A stretch of DNA of 64,000 nucleotides. Source: Paramoeba atlantica (lineage: Eukaryota > Protista > Discosea). Below, piece by piece: positions 12,401-25,070 of this stretch. The position numbers and the translations under genes are program-made. Numbering within the stretch: position 1 is the first letter of the stretch; each line of letters begins with the position of its first letter. The stretch lies in NCBI GenBank assembly GCA_977017575.1, contig CDRNVI010000177.1:248001-312000 (forward strand), in the 5' to 3' direction. A model generated the notes under the pieces. The model ran no database searches. It was not told the origin of the DNA and saw only the letters and a program-made list of their open reading frames with translations.

Positions 12401-12659
12401 ATAACAAAATCTCTTCTTTTGTGCTCTTTTTTCTTTTTTCTTTTTTCTTTTTTCTTTTTTCTTTATTCACTCCTCTTCTTTTCTCTGTTGGTGATCTCAT
12501 TGTAATTTTTCTCCTTTCTTTTTTCGTCAAAAAGAATGTGTCAGATAGATAGTTAGGGTAGAGATCTTGATACTCTCTGGGTGCTAATTTGTGAAAATCC
12601 GGACCCAGAGAATACATCATCTTTCCCAAATAAAAACATCTCTTTTGTCTTTTCTTTTT

Positions 12660-14476
12660 TTTTGAAGATTCACTTATCTGTAAGACCATCTCATTTTTTC
12701 AAAAAAGAAAAAGGAAAAGAAAGGGAAGGGGGGAAAGAGAGAGAAGAGAAAGAGAAAATAGAAAGAAGAAGAAAGAGAAAAACGAGAAACTGTGAAGAAG
12801 AAATCAAAAACAAAAGGAAAAAAATCAACAAAAAGAAAAGAAAAGAAGAGAAAAAGAAAAAAGGGGGGAAAAAAGAAAAGAGAGAACCCTATCAAAAAAG
12901 GGAAGAAAGGGGAACGAGAAAAAGGGGAACAAGAAAAAGAGAAACAAAAAAGAGAAAAAGTGAAAAAGTGAAAAAAGAGAAGAGATAAAAGTGAAAAAGA
13001 GAAGAAAAAAACAGAAAAGTAAAGAAATAAAAGAAGTAAAAGAGAGAACCCATCCAGTCCCATTCATAAAGGGCGAAAAAGTTTGAGAAAGAGAAAGAAA
13101 AAGAAGGAATAAAAAGAGAAAAGAGAAAAAGAAAAGAGAAAAAGAAAAAAGAAAAGAGAGAAGAGAGAAGAGAGAGAAAGAAGAGAAGAGAGAAAGAAGA
13201 GAAGAGAGAAAGAAGAGAGAAGAGAAAGAAGAGAAGAGAGAAGAGAGAAAAAGAGAAGAGAAGAGAAGAAAAGGCAAAACAAAAAAAAAACCAACAAAAA
13301 TTATGAACCCTAAATCTTTTTTTTTGTGCTAAAATAAATATTTCCAAGAGAGAAAGAGACCGGAAAGAGAGGAAAGAGAGGAAAGAGGAAAGAGAGGAAA
13401 GAGCGAAAGGAGAGGGAAGAAAAGAGGAAAAAGAAAAAAAAAAGAAAAAAGAAAGAAAAAAGAAAAAAGAGAAATTAAAAAAAAAATTAAAAGGAAAGAG
13501 GAAGGAGAGAAGGGAGGAGGGAAAGAGGAGGGAAGAAAGAGGGAAGGAAGAGGGAAGGAGGGAAGGAAGAGGGAGGAGGTGATGAGGAGGAAGGAGGGAA
13601 GGAAGAGGGAAAGAAGAGGGAAGGAAGAGGGAAGGAAGAGGGAAGGAAGAGGGAAGGAGGGAAGAGAGAAGGAGGGAAGAGAGAAGGAGGTGATGAGCAA
13701 GGAGTAGGAAGGAGGTGCTGGGCAAGGAGGTGATGAGCAAGGAGGTGATGAGCAAGGAGTAGGAAAAGGGGTGAAGTAAAATTGTTTTCTCTTTTTTCTT
13801 GTGGTTCTTTTTCTTTCTTTCTTTTTTTTCTTTTTTCTTTTTCTTTTTTTTTTTTTTTTCTTTTTTCTTTTTTCTTTTTTCTTTTTTCTTTTTTCCTTTT
13901 TCTTTTTCTTTTTTCTTTTTTCTTTTTTTTTCTTCTTTATCTTTTCCTCTTTATCTTTTCCTCTTTATCTTTTCCTCTTTATCTTTTCCTCTTTATCTTT
14001 CCTCTTTTCAATCTTTTCCCCTCTCTTCCCTTCTCTTCTCTTTTTCTCCCCTTTTTCCTTCTCTTTCTCTTTCTTTTCTCCTTAACACAGGAAAGTTGTT
14101 TAATCAAAGAGAGTGTAATTTACGTATCAAAAATGGTCCTTTTTTCTTTATTGGTTTTTTTCTTTGTTTTTTCTTTGTTTTTTCTTTGTTTTTTCTTTGT
14201 TTTTTCTTTTTCTTTTTTTTCTTTTTTTCTCTTTTTTTTTCTCTTTTTTTTTCTCTTTTTTTCTTTTTTTTTCTTTTATCTTTTGTTTTTTTGTCTTCTT
14301 TATCTTTTATCTTTCCTCTTTTTAATCTTCTCCCCTCTTTCCCCTCTTTCTCCTTCTCTTTTCTTTTCTTTCCTTCTCTTTCTTTCCTTTTAAAACAGTG
14401 AAGTTGTTGAATTAGAAAAGAGTGAAATCACGCATCAAAAAAGATCCTTTTTCTTCACAGTTTTTTTCTTTTCTTT

Positions 14477-14520
<44 letters not shown>

Positions 14521-15430
14521 TTCTTTCTTTTCTTTTTTCTTTTCTTTTTCTTTTCTGTCTTTGTTTTTCTTTTTTTCTTTTTTTTTCTTTTTTTCTTTTT
14601 TTTCTTTCTTTTCTGTCTTTGCTTTTCTTTTTTTCTTTTCTTTCTTTTCTTTTTCTTTTTTCCTTTTCCTTTTTTTTCTTTTTTTTTCCTTTTTTTTCTG
14701 TCTTTGTTTTTTCTTTTTTCTTTTCTTTCTTTTTTTCTTTTTTCCTTTTCCTTTTTTTCCTTTTTTTTCCTTTTTTTTCCTTTTTTTTCCTTTTTTTTGT
14801 TTTTGTTTGTTTTTGTTTGTTTTTGTTTATTGTTCTTTTCTTTTCTTTTCTTTTCTTTGTTTTTTTTTTGTTTTTTTGTTTTTTTTATTTTATTTTTTTC
14901 CCTTGTTTTCTTTTCTTTTTTTTGTTTTTTGTTTTTTTTTTGTTTTTTTTTGTTTTTTTTCCTTTTCCTCCTCTTTCTCCTTTCTTTTCTTGACAAAGCG
15001 AAAATAAAAAGAAAATTGTTGGTTTTCTTTTTTCTCTTTCTCTTTTCCCCTTCCTTTCCTTTTTTTTTCTTTTCCTTTTTTCTTTTTCTTTTTTCTTTTT
15101 TCTTTCTTTTTTTCTTTGATCTTCTCTTTTTTTCTCTTTTTTTTCTTTTTCTTTCTTTTTTCTTTTTTTTTTTTTTTCTTTTTTTTCTTTTGTTTTTATT
15201 AGTTTTTTTGTTTATTTTTCTCTTTTTTTTTTCCTTTTCCCTTTCCTTTCCCTTTTCTTTTTTTTTTCTTTTGACCCTTTCTTTTCTCTTTCCCTCTTCT
15301 TTTTTCCTTTTTTTTTCCTTTTCCTTTTTTCTTCTTTTTCTTTTTTGTTTTTTTTCTTTTTTCTTTTTGTTTTTTTCTTTTTTTTTTTGTTTTTGTTTTT
15401 TCTTTTTTTTCCTCCTCTCTTACTTTTTTT
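12660..15430. repeat. Low-complexity polypurine tract (12660-13770) switching to a polypyrimidine tract (13780-15430), including GGAAGAGGGAAGGA-type minisatellites
   Basis: Direct inspection of base composition; the ORFs here are F/S/L or K/E/R homopolymeric artefacts. Confidence 0.9.
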
Positions 15431-15965
15431 CCCCCCTTTCCCTGAGGAGTAGTGTGTGTGTAACATGTACCTTTAATCTTTTTATTGAAGCCAAAAAGAC
15501 TATAATATTTGTGTACAAAACAAATATTGCAGCCTCTTTGGGGATTTTCAAGCACGTATGCAGCAGCGAGAGTGTGGTGGGGGGAAATTCAAAAAGAGGA
15601 GGTGTGTTTTTAACTGAAAAAGAGGGGCAGGACAAAAAGAGATCGCCAGATTGATCTGATTTCCCTATTTTTAAGGAGATGGTTCTCAAGGAGAGAAAAA
15701 ACAACAAAAAGAAAGAGAAAAGATGTTGATATGAAGTGGACAAGAGAAAAAAAAGGTAGTTGGGGTGGGGATTATTGGAGTGTTTGTGTGTGAGAGATCT
15801 CCTCTCCTTTTGTTGAGATTGTTGTGTTGTTCCAAGTGAACTGTGAGAGTTCCAAGTGAACTGTGAGAGTTCCAAAAGAGAGAGAAAAAAAAAATCATTT
15901 TAATAATAAATATTTTTCAACCAATAATTTATTTATTTTGTACAAAAGGAAAGTTCAACAAAATT

Positions 15966-18545
15966 TTAATCAACTTCCTCAATCTTGGGTTCAGCAGAAG
16001 AACCAGATCCTCCTCCTGCATTTCCACCAGAACCAGAGAAACCTCCAGAACCAGAACCACCACCACCAGGGAATCCACCAGCTCCACCAGGGAATCCCCC
16101 AGCACCACCAGGGAATCCACCAGGCATACCTCCTCCTGGCATACCACCAGGCACACCACTGGGCATACCACCAGGCACACCACCCTCACCACCAGCTCCT
16201 TGGTAGATCTTGGAGAAGATTGGCATCACCTTCTCTTCCAATTCCTTCCTCCTGTGTTCAAACTCATCAACCTCAGCAAGTTGGTTTGTCTCCAACCACG
16301 AAATAGCCTCATCGACATGCTTGTTCACAGTCTGCTTGTCTTCCTCAGAGATAACAGCAGAAATTTTCTCATCACGAAGAGTTGATCACAAAGAGTAAGC
16401 ATAGTTCTCAAGTCCATTCTTCGCTTCAACCTTCTTCCGAGCTTCCTCATCTTCATCCTTTTTTTTTTTTTTTTTTTGAGGCAGACTTTATTCAATTAGT
16501 AGTTCTTAATCTAAGCCATTTGAATTATTTTTTTTTTTTTTTTGAGGCAGACTTTATTCAATTAGTAGTTCTTAATCTAAGCCATTTGAATTACATTAAA
16601 TTATGTTTGTTTTTAACCTCTAACAAGAGGTGAAGTTTTAAACTTCAGCTTAGTTCAGTCGGTCTTTATGCTGAACTTTAGAACTTCTGCAAGTTCAGGC
16701 TGGAGGATGCACATCAGAAGGGAGAATAATCCAAAGCTCCTTCCAAGGGAATTTATCCTCAACTTTTTAGCAGACAGGGCTGAGATGTAACCTGTTCCGA
16801 TTTTCACACTTCTTCAAGAGCTCCTCACTCCAATCAAATCACTCTACAGCACCAGAAAAATTTTCTATAATATCGAAAAACTGGGATTTGAACTCGCCCC
16901 CCGGGGTTGGACATAGTCGAATTTACGACTAAACTACGGGCACCAACCCTCCTCATCTTCATCCTTAAACTGTTCAGCATCCTTCACCATTCGATCAATA
17001 TCAGCTTGAGACAGTCGACCCTTATCATTTGTGATGGTAATTTGGTTCTGTTTTCCAGTAGACTTGTCCTTTGCAGAGACATTCAAAATACCATTCGCAT
17101 CAATATCAAAGGTAACCTCAATTTGAGGAACACCACGAGGAGCAGGGGGAATTCCAGTCAAATCAAATTTTCCAAGCAAGTTGTTGTCCTTGGTGAACTT
17201 TCTCTCACCCTCATAAACTTGGATGGTCACAGCAGGTTGGTTGTCAGAATAAGTGGTAAAACTGTTGGAAGCCTTCGTTGGAATGGTGGTGTTTCGATTA
17301 ATCAAGTTTGTCATCAAACCTCCAGCAGTCTCAATACCAAGAGAAAGTGGAGCAACATCCAACAAAAGTAAATCAGAAAGTCCTCCTTCAGTCACACCAG
17401 CTAAAATCGCAGCTTGAACAGCAGCTCCATAAGCAACAGCTTCGTCAGGATTGATGCTTTTGCACAACTCCTTTCCATTGAAGAACTCTTGCAAAAGAGA
17501 TTGGATCTTAGGAATATGAGTGGATCCTCCAACTAACACAACGTCGTGAATTTGTCCTTTGTCCATCTTTGAGTCACGCAACACCTTCTCAACTGGATCT
17601 AAAGTTCCACGGAATAAGTCTTGGTTCAATTCTTCAAATCGAGCACGAGTGATGGAAGTGTAGAAGTCAATTCCTTCAAAGAGAGAGTCTACTTCAATGG
17701 AAGCTTGAGCTTGAGAAGACAAAGTTCGCTTTGCACATTCACAAGCAGTTCTCAATTGTCTCATGGAGCGAGCATTGGAAGTCATATCCTTCTTCTGCTT
17801 CCTCTTGAACTCATTGGTAAAGTGGTTCACCATTTGATTGTCAAAATCTTCTCCTCCCAAGTGAGTATCACCAGCAGTTGCTTTCACTTCAAAAATCCCA
17901 TCTTCAATCGTCAAAAGAGACACATCAAAAGTACCACCTCCCAAATCAAAAATCAATACATTTCTCTCCGCTCCTTTCTTGTCCAAACCATAAGCAATCG
18001 CAGCAGCAGTGGGTTCGTTGATAATACGTCGAACAATTAAGCCAGCAATAACACCTGCATCTTTTGTAGCTTGCTGTTGAGAATCGTTAAAATAAGCAGG
18101 CACTGTAATCACCGCTTCTTTGACTTCCTTTCCAATGAAAGCTTCTGAAATCTCTTTCATCTTGATCAAAACCATCGAAGAAATCTCCTCAGGAGAAAAA
18201 GTCTTTTGTTCCGCTTTGTACTCAACTTGGATCATGGGTTTACTGGATTGGTTCACCACCTTGAATGGCCAATGCTTCATGTCAGATTGGGCAGCTGGGT
18301 CATCAAATCGTCGACCAATCGTTTCGCGTCGAAAATGGTGTTGTATGGATTCATAGCAACTTGGTTCTTGGCAGCATCTCCAATCAATCGTTCAGTGTCA
18401 GTAAACGTGACATAGGAAGGTGTTGTTCGATTTCCTTGATCGTTTGCGATAATTTCAACACGGTCATTCACCCAATAACCAACGCAGAGGAATATGTCGT
18501 TCCCAAATCGATCCCAACAATTGGACCATCAGTCGAGTTACTCAT
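15966..18545 (-). pseudogene. HSP70: Cytosolic Hsp70 pseudogene (EEVD C-terminus), disrupted by two frameshifts, a TGA and a SINE insertion
   Basis: ATG at 18545 ([19 protein letters not shown]), [24 protein letters not shown] and a GGMP-rich tail ending EEVD*. +2 slip near 18490, -4 slip near 18338, TGA at 16386-16388, SINE at 16459-16949. Confidence 0.97.
16459..16949 (-). mobile_element. tRNA-derived SINE copy 1 (with duplicated 3' 50 nt and two poly(A) tracts) inserted in Hsp70
   Basis: Head has A-box TAGTTTAGTCG and B-box GAGTTCAAATCC. 3' end AATAAAGTCTGCCTC-poly(A). TSD TCCTCATCTTCATCC at 16444-16458 and 16950-16964. Confidence 0.95.
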
Positions 18546-19453
18546 CTTTTTGTTTTTGTTTTTGTTTCTTGAAAAAATGAAAATGAAAAATTGTTGTGTG
18601 GCTCCCACCTCTCTCTCGAACACACACCACCATCATCACCATCACCAGCATCTCGCAAATTCGGGGAAAACCAAAAAAAAGAAGACCATGTGTTGCTGAA
18701 ATCTCGGATTCTGAGAATCAGAAAAGAATTGACACGTCATCTTCTTGCACGTAAAAGGAAAATATTAAGGGACACCTCCTTTTTGGGGACACCTCCCTTG
18801 TTTTATTTCCCTGAAACCGCCGTTCTCTCCCGTTCTCTCTTCTTTCTTCTTTCTTCTCTCTTCTTCTCTCTTCTCTCCTCTCCTCTTCTCTCCTCTCCTC
18901 TCCTCTTCTCTTTGTTTGTCTCCCCCCAAGGGAACATCGTGTTTTTTTTGTTATTATTATCACACACCCTGATCCTGTGTTAGGTTCTATTCTCTTTCTC
19001 TCTTTTTTTTCTCTTCTTTTTTCTCTTTTTTCTTTCATCACCCATTCTTATTTTTACTTTTCAGAGCGCAAAGGATTGATAAATTGTTCTTCTCTCAAAG
19101 GACTGGACTTCTCTCAAAGGACTGGACTTGGAGAGAAGAGGAGGAAGGGAAAAAGTTCGAAAACCCTGACCGCTCGCTGTCCGTCCACAAGAGAAGAGGA
19201 GAGAGAGAGAGAGAGAGAGAGAAAAAAATGTGTGGTGTATGTGTGGCATGTTTGATCTTCACCCCCACCACCCCCACCCCACCCCCCCAAAAAAAAACAA
19301 AAAAAAGGTGGATCTTTGTATCAAGGTTAATTTTTTTGGTTTTTTTTTCTCCCTCCCTTTCTTGTTTTTTTTTGGTGATTTTTCTCTCCTCCATGGGAGG
19401 GAGGAGCTTCTCTTTCTCTTTTCTTTTTCTCTCTTTTGAACTAATCAGAGAAT

Positions 19454-19460
19454 TATAAAA
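19454..19460 (+). promoter_or_regulatory. TATA box at -30..-24 of the 5S gene
   Basis: TATAAAA, positionally conserved with the other 5S copy. Confidence 0.6.
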
Positions 19461-19483
19461 GGAGAAAAAAAAGAAGAGAAAAT

Positions 19484-19602
19484 GTCTTCGGTCATACCCA
19501 GTTGAAAGCACCCGATCCCATCAGAACTCGGAAGTTAAGCAGCTGTGGGCTCGGTTAGTAGAATGGTGGGTGACCACATTCGAATCCCGAGTGCTGAAGA
19601 CC
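19484..19602 (+). rRNA. 5S: 5S rRNA (119 nt)
   Basis: Identical to the reverse complement of 10674-10792; followed by T-runs (Pol III terminator). Confidence 0.97.
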
Positions 19603-20495
19603 TTCTTTTTTTCTTCTTCTTTTTTTTCTCTTTTTTTCTTTCTTTTTTTCTCTTTTTTTCTCTTTTTTCTCTTTTTTTCTTTTTTTTTTCCTTTTTGTTT
19701 TCTTTTTTTTTTCAGTTTTTTTTTGTTCAAAAGATTCGAAAAATCGCAAACGAAAAAGAGAGAAGTTGCCACACAATCAAAGTTGGATAAGGAGGGCAAA
19801 GAGAAGAGAGACCAAACAAACAAAAGAGGACTATTTCGTGATAGTTTTCATACTCTCTGGGTCTGATTTTTCGAATTAGTACCCCAGAGAGAATGAAGAA
19901 TCCACAAAAAAAAAAAAAAAAGATCCACCGGTCAGTCGGGGGGATAGGGGTGTTGTGTGTGTGTTGTTTTGGTGTTAAAAAGAAATATTCACGTTTTTTT
20001 TTGAAACAAAATATCTTTGGTGGTGTGTCTTTCTTGGATTCTAAAAATTGTTCATCATTGGTTTTTTTTTACTTTTTTTCTTTCTTTTTTTCTTTCTTTT
20101 TTTCTTTTTCTTCTTTTTCTGGCACTGTTTTTCAGGGTTTGGGTCCAACATAGTAGTCTGTGGTTTTATATTAATATTGTCGTCTCAATAAAACACCACC
20201 TCCCTCCCAATATCTTTTTCTTAATTATGTGTGTGGGTCCTTCTTAAAATCTCAATGTCCAACAGAATAACTGATTGTGTTGGGAAGAAGAAAAAAAAAA
20301 GTATCTTTCACCCCCCCAACCACACACACTGGATAAAGAAAGGGAGTGTATTGTGTGGGTGTCATTCTTCCGCTGCCATTCCAGAAAAAGAAAAAAAAAT
20401 TATGAAAAGAAAAATGACTCTTTGGTGAATGTCTCAAAAAGAAAGAAGATTTTTGTTAAAGTTTCAATTTATATTTTTTTATACAAGCTTTTTTT

Positions 20496-21347
<852 letters not shown>

Positions 21348-22939
21348 CTATCCCCCTTTAATTTAGATCTCCAAAAAAAATCTCGTTCTTTTTTTTTGCG
21401 TTTTGTTGTTTTTTGTGGTGGGAGAGAAGAGAAGAGAAGAGAGCGCTCTCTTCTTTCTGTTTGTTTTTGTTTGTTTGTTTTTGTTTTGTTTGTTTTTGTT
21501 TTGTTTTGTGTTATTTGTTTTGTTTGTTTTGCCAATCTCACCAACCACCATCGCGCAGTTTTGTGGTGGTGTGTGTTTTGTGTTTTTTGTGTTGTGTGAG
21601 GGTTTGTTCTTCTCCTCACACCCCCTCCGCCCCCTTCTCTCTCTCTCACCTCATCTTTTAACACACAGAGGAGAGAGGAGAAGGGAAAATGAACCTCTCT
21701 CTCTCTCTTTGATGAAGGGAGATGAAAAGCAAAGAATGCGAAAAGAGGTGGTTTGTGTCTCTCTCTCTTCCTCTCCTTTTTTTTCAAACACACTTCTCTT
21801 CTCTCACGCTCCTGACCGTTTTTTCCCCTTTCTCTCTCTCTCTCTCTCCCTCTTTCTTTCCCCTCTTTCTTTTCTCTCTTCCCTTTCCTTCACACAGTTT
21901 TCAGGGAACAAAACATAAAAGTGGGGGAAAAAGGGTGGTGTTTTGTTTCACCCACATAAAAGAGCAAATATTCGGGAACACAACAATCGAAAGTAGAGGG
22001 GCAGTGGGTGAAAAGGGGGAGAGAAGATCACCAGAGAGACACCCAAGAGAGAGAGTGATGTTTATGGTGGATGATCTCTCTTCTCTTTTTGGCCCTCTTG
22101 AGATGACGATCTTGTGTGTGTGTTCTGAGGAGAGGCCTTTTTTCGAGCGTGTTTCGAGCGTGTTTTGGCGATGATGGTGTAATGTTTGGTGGATACTTCT
22201 CTTTTGAAAATGTTGGTTATTCACAAAGAACTTTACCACTGATTATATGTTTCTGCTCTCTCTCTCTCTCCTTTCCCAAAAAAATCCATGTTTGGTGTTG
22301 TTGGTGTGTGTGATTAGACCCTCTCTCCTCCCTCCTCTCTCTCTCTCCCCACTCTCGCTGCTGCGCCCTATTCCTCTGTTTCTTATCATTTTTTTGAGGA
22401 GTAAAAGCTCTTTCTTCTTAGCTTTCTTCTTTTGGAGGGTTCCTTGACCTTCTTTGTCTCTTGAAATATTTGTTTCTTGGATTGGTGACAGTGATATTAG
22501 ATCGGATCTCTCTCCTCTTCTTTAAGTGGTATGTCCTATCATACTGAAATCAAATGTCTTCTTTCTCGAAAAAAATGTGACTTTCTCGACAAAAGGTATA
22601 CCACGTATCGGACCCTGTATGTATCGTTATACTACACACACACAACACACAACACACAAGAAGATTTTTTGCAACACACTGAGAAGGTTACTTTTTTGCA
22701 TGGATTATTTTTTCTGTCTGTGTTTGGTGTGTTTTGTTGTTTACTTTTTTTGTATTTGTCTCTTTGTGTTTTAAAAATGGGGTGTGTGTGTGTGTTAATG
22801 TTGTTTTTGTGTTTTTGTTTTGTTTTGTTTTTTGAGAAGAGGAAGGGAAGGAAGGAAGGGAAGGAAGGAAGGAAGGGGTGTGTGAAAAATTTATTAATTT
22901 GTACAAAAAACAGTTTGTTGTCTCTCAAAGCCAATTTCC

Positions 22940-25070
22940 CAAATTGAAAAAAAAAGACACGAATCCCCAGATTCCACTCCAAAAGTTCATCAAGAAGAAA
23001 ACAGACGAAAAGAATGAAAAGAATTTAGATCACCAAGATTGGTGTATTAATTGAAAGAAGTGTCCCGTCCATTTTGAGGGGAATACGAAATCGTTGTAAA
23101 TGATTGATGTCCATTTTAAAAGAAGGTTTTGTGTTCTTGTTAATTTGTTCTTGTTGAACTTGTTTTTTTATTATTTGTTTTATTTTTTGCTTTTGGTATT
23201 TTTGGTATTTGTTTTTTTGTTCTTTTCTTTTTTGTGGTGATTGGTTTGGTTTGGTTTGGTTGGTTTGTCTGTTATTATTGGAAAGAGTGTTTTTGTTTTT
23301 GTATTAGTTATTAGTATTTAATTAATTAAAATTCTCTGATATCTGATTCTTCCTCCTCCCCCTTCTCTTAACTAGTGCGAGGACATCTTTTTTGTTTCCT
23401 TTGTTACAAAGACCTCCTTCCAATCACAAGCCTTTTTGAAAATATGAGTGGCACAGGTTTCCCTTTATTTTGTGTTTTGTTGTTTCAGTGTTTTGTGTTT
23501 GGTTTGTTAGTTATTTTGATTGTGTGGATTTGTTTATCTTTTTTAGTATGATGTGATTATTCTGTTGGTTGGTTTGTTGTTGGTTTATTGTTGGTTTGTT
23601 GTTGGTTTATTGTTGGTTTGTTGTTGGTTTGTTGGTTTGTTGGTTTGTTGGTTTGTTGGTTTGTTGGTTTGTTGGTTTGTTGGTTTGTTGGTTTGTTTGT
23701 CGTTTTGTTTGTTGTTGTTGTGTCATTTTAGTGTTACTTTTGTTTTGTTTGTTGTGATTGTGATTGTTGTGATTGTAGTTAAGTTATAGTTGTTGTTGGC
23801 TGTTGTTTATGATTGTGATTGTTTTTCTTGTTGTTTGTTGTTTATTGTTTGTTGTTTGTTGTTGTTTGTTGTTATTGTTGTTATTATGATTGTTGGTTTG
23901 TTATTGTGATTTTTTTTTGCAATTGTTATGTTGTTGTTACTATTTTTTTATAATCAATTATTGTTATTATTGTATTGTTATGATTGTTGTTGTTATTTGA
24001 TTGTTATTGCTTTTATTATCATTGTTAATTGTTAAATTGTTAATAATAGAATGGGGACATTTTTGTTTCTTTGTTAGAAGACTCCCTCCAGGCCTTTTTT
24101 TATATTACTCTGTTCCCAACAATCCCGACTATTGTGCCACCACCAGGTTTTCTCTTTTTTCCTTCTTTTATTTTGTGCTTGTTTTTGTTTTTGTTAGTGG
24201 TATTGCTGTTGTGGTGGTGATGATATTTTGATTGTGTTGTTATTTGTTGTTATTTGTTATTTGTTATTGGTATTCTTCTTGTTGTTCTTGTTGTTGTTAT
24301 TATAGTTGTTATTATTGTTTTATTGTTATTTGTTATTGTTGTTATTTGTTATTTGTATTATTCGTATTGTTATTTGTTCTTATTGTTCTTGTTGTTATTA
24401 TTGTTGTTATTATTGTTGTTATTTGTTGTTATTTGTTGTTATTATTGTTGTTATTTGTTGTTATTTGTTGTTATTTGTTGTTATTTGTTGTTATTTGTTG
24501 TTATTTGTTCTTTGTTATTGATATTTGTTGTTGATATTTGTTGTTGATATTTGTTATTGTAATTGTTATTGTTGTTGTTGATTTTGTTTTTTTGTGTTGT
24601 GGTTATGTTGTGTTTGTAATTTTAACCAATTTTTCACAGAAAAACACAAAAAAAGAGAGAGTGTGTGGAATCAAGATGTGGGTTGGGGATTTCTGGAGGG
24701 AGCGAGCCACATATAATGGTTGGTTGGTTCTTTTTGTTCTTTTGTAATATTTATATTTCCGTTTTGTTGTAATATTTTTTTAGTTGGTTAATTTATCTTC
24801 TGTTTTTTGTTTGGAGGGGTGATGTGTATTTAATTAGTGTTGTTTTGTTTTGTTTGTTTGGTTTGTTTGGTTTTGTTGGAGTTAAATATTATTATTGTTA
24901 ATTGTTTTTGGTCACTTTGTTGGTAGTTGGTACATCAGTGTTTTTGTGTATTGGTTGAGCATTGGTTGTGTGTGTAAGTTGGTTGTGTGTTGTCTTGTGT
25001 ACACACATTTTTCAAGGTTTATTGTTTGTTTGAACCAAACAATCAAAAATGACAATAAGGTTTTTTTTTT
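22940..25070 (+). other. Probable multi-exon gene remnant with long G/T-rich low-complexity introns; product unknown
   Basis: Short complex-sequence islands bounded by AG/GT (about 22940-23125, 23355-23457, 24078-24147, 24639-24720) within TTG/TTA-rich tracts. One island has in-frame stops. Confidence 0.3.

Noticed and set aside
11738-12615. Selenocysteine/readthrough at the PB1 gene TGA with the downstream hairpin as a SECIS
   Set aside because: The hairpin lacks the RUGA/GA quartet, the TGA lies in a low-complexity linker, and the same hairpin occurs at loci without in-frame TGA. CGA->TGA is simpler.
14422-15654. 410-aa and similar F/S/L- or K/E/R-rich ORFs (also 12825-13755, 23553-24747, 37777-38337, 55522-56268)
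   Set aside because: These arise from microsatellite tracts lacking stop codons; there is no domain signal.
22168-22245. C/D-box snoRNA (ATGATG...CTGA)
   Set aside because: Imperfect C box, only about 8 bp of complementarity to 28S, and no terminal stem.
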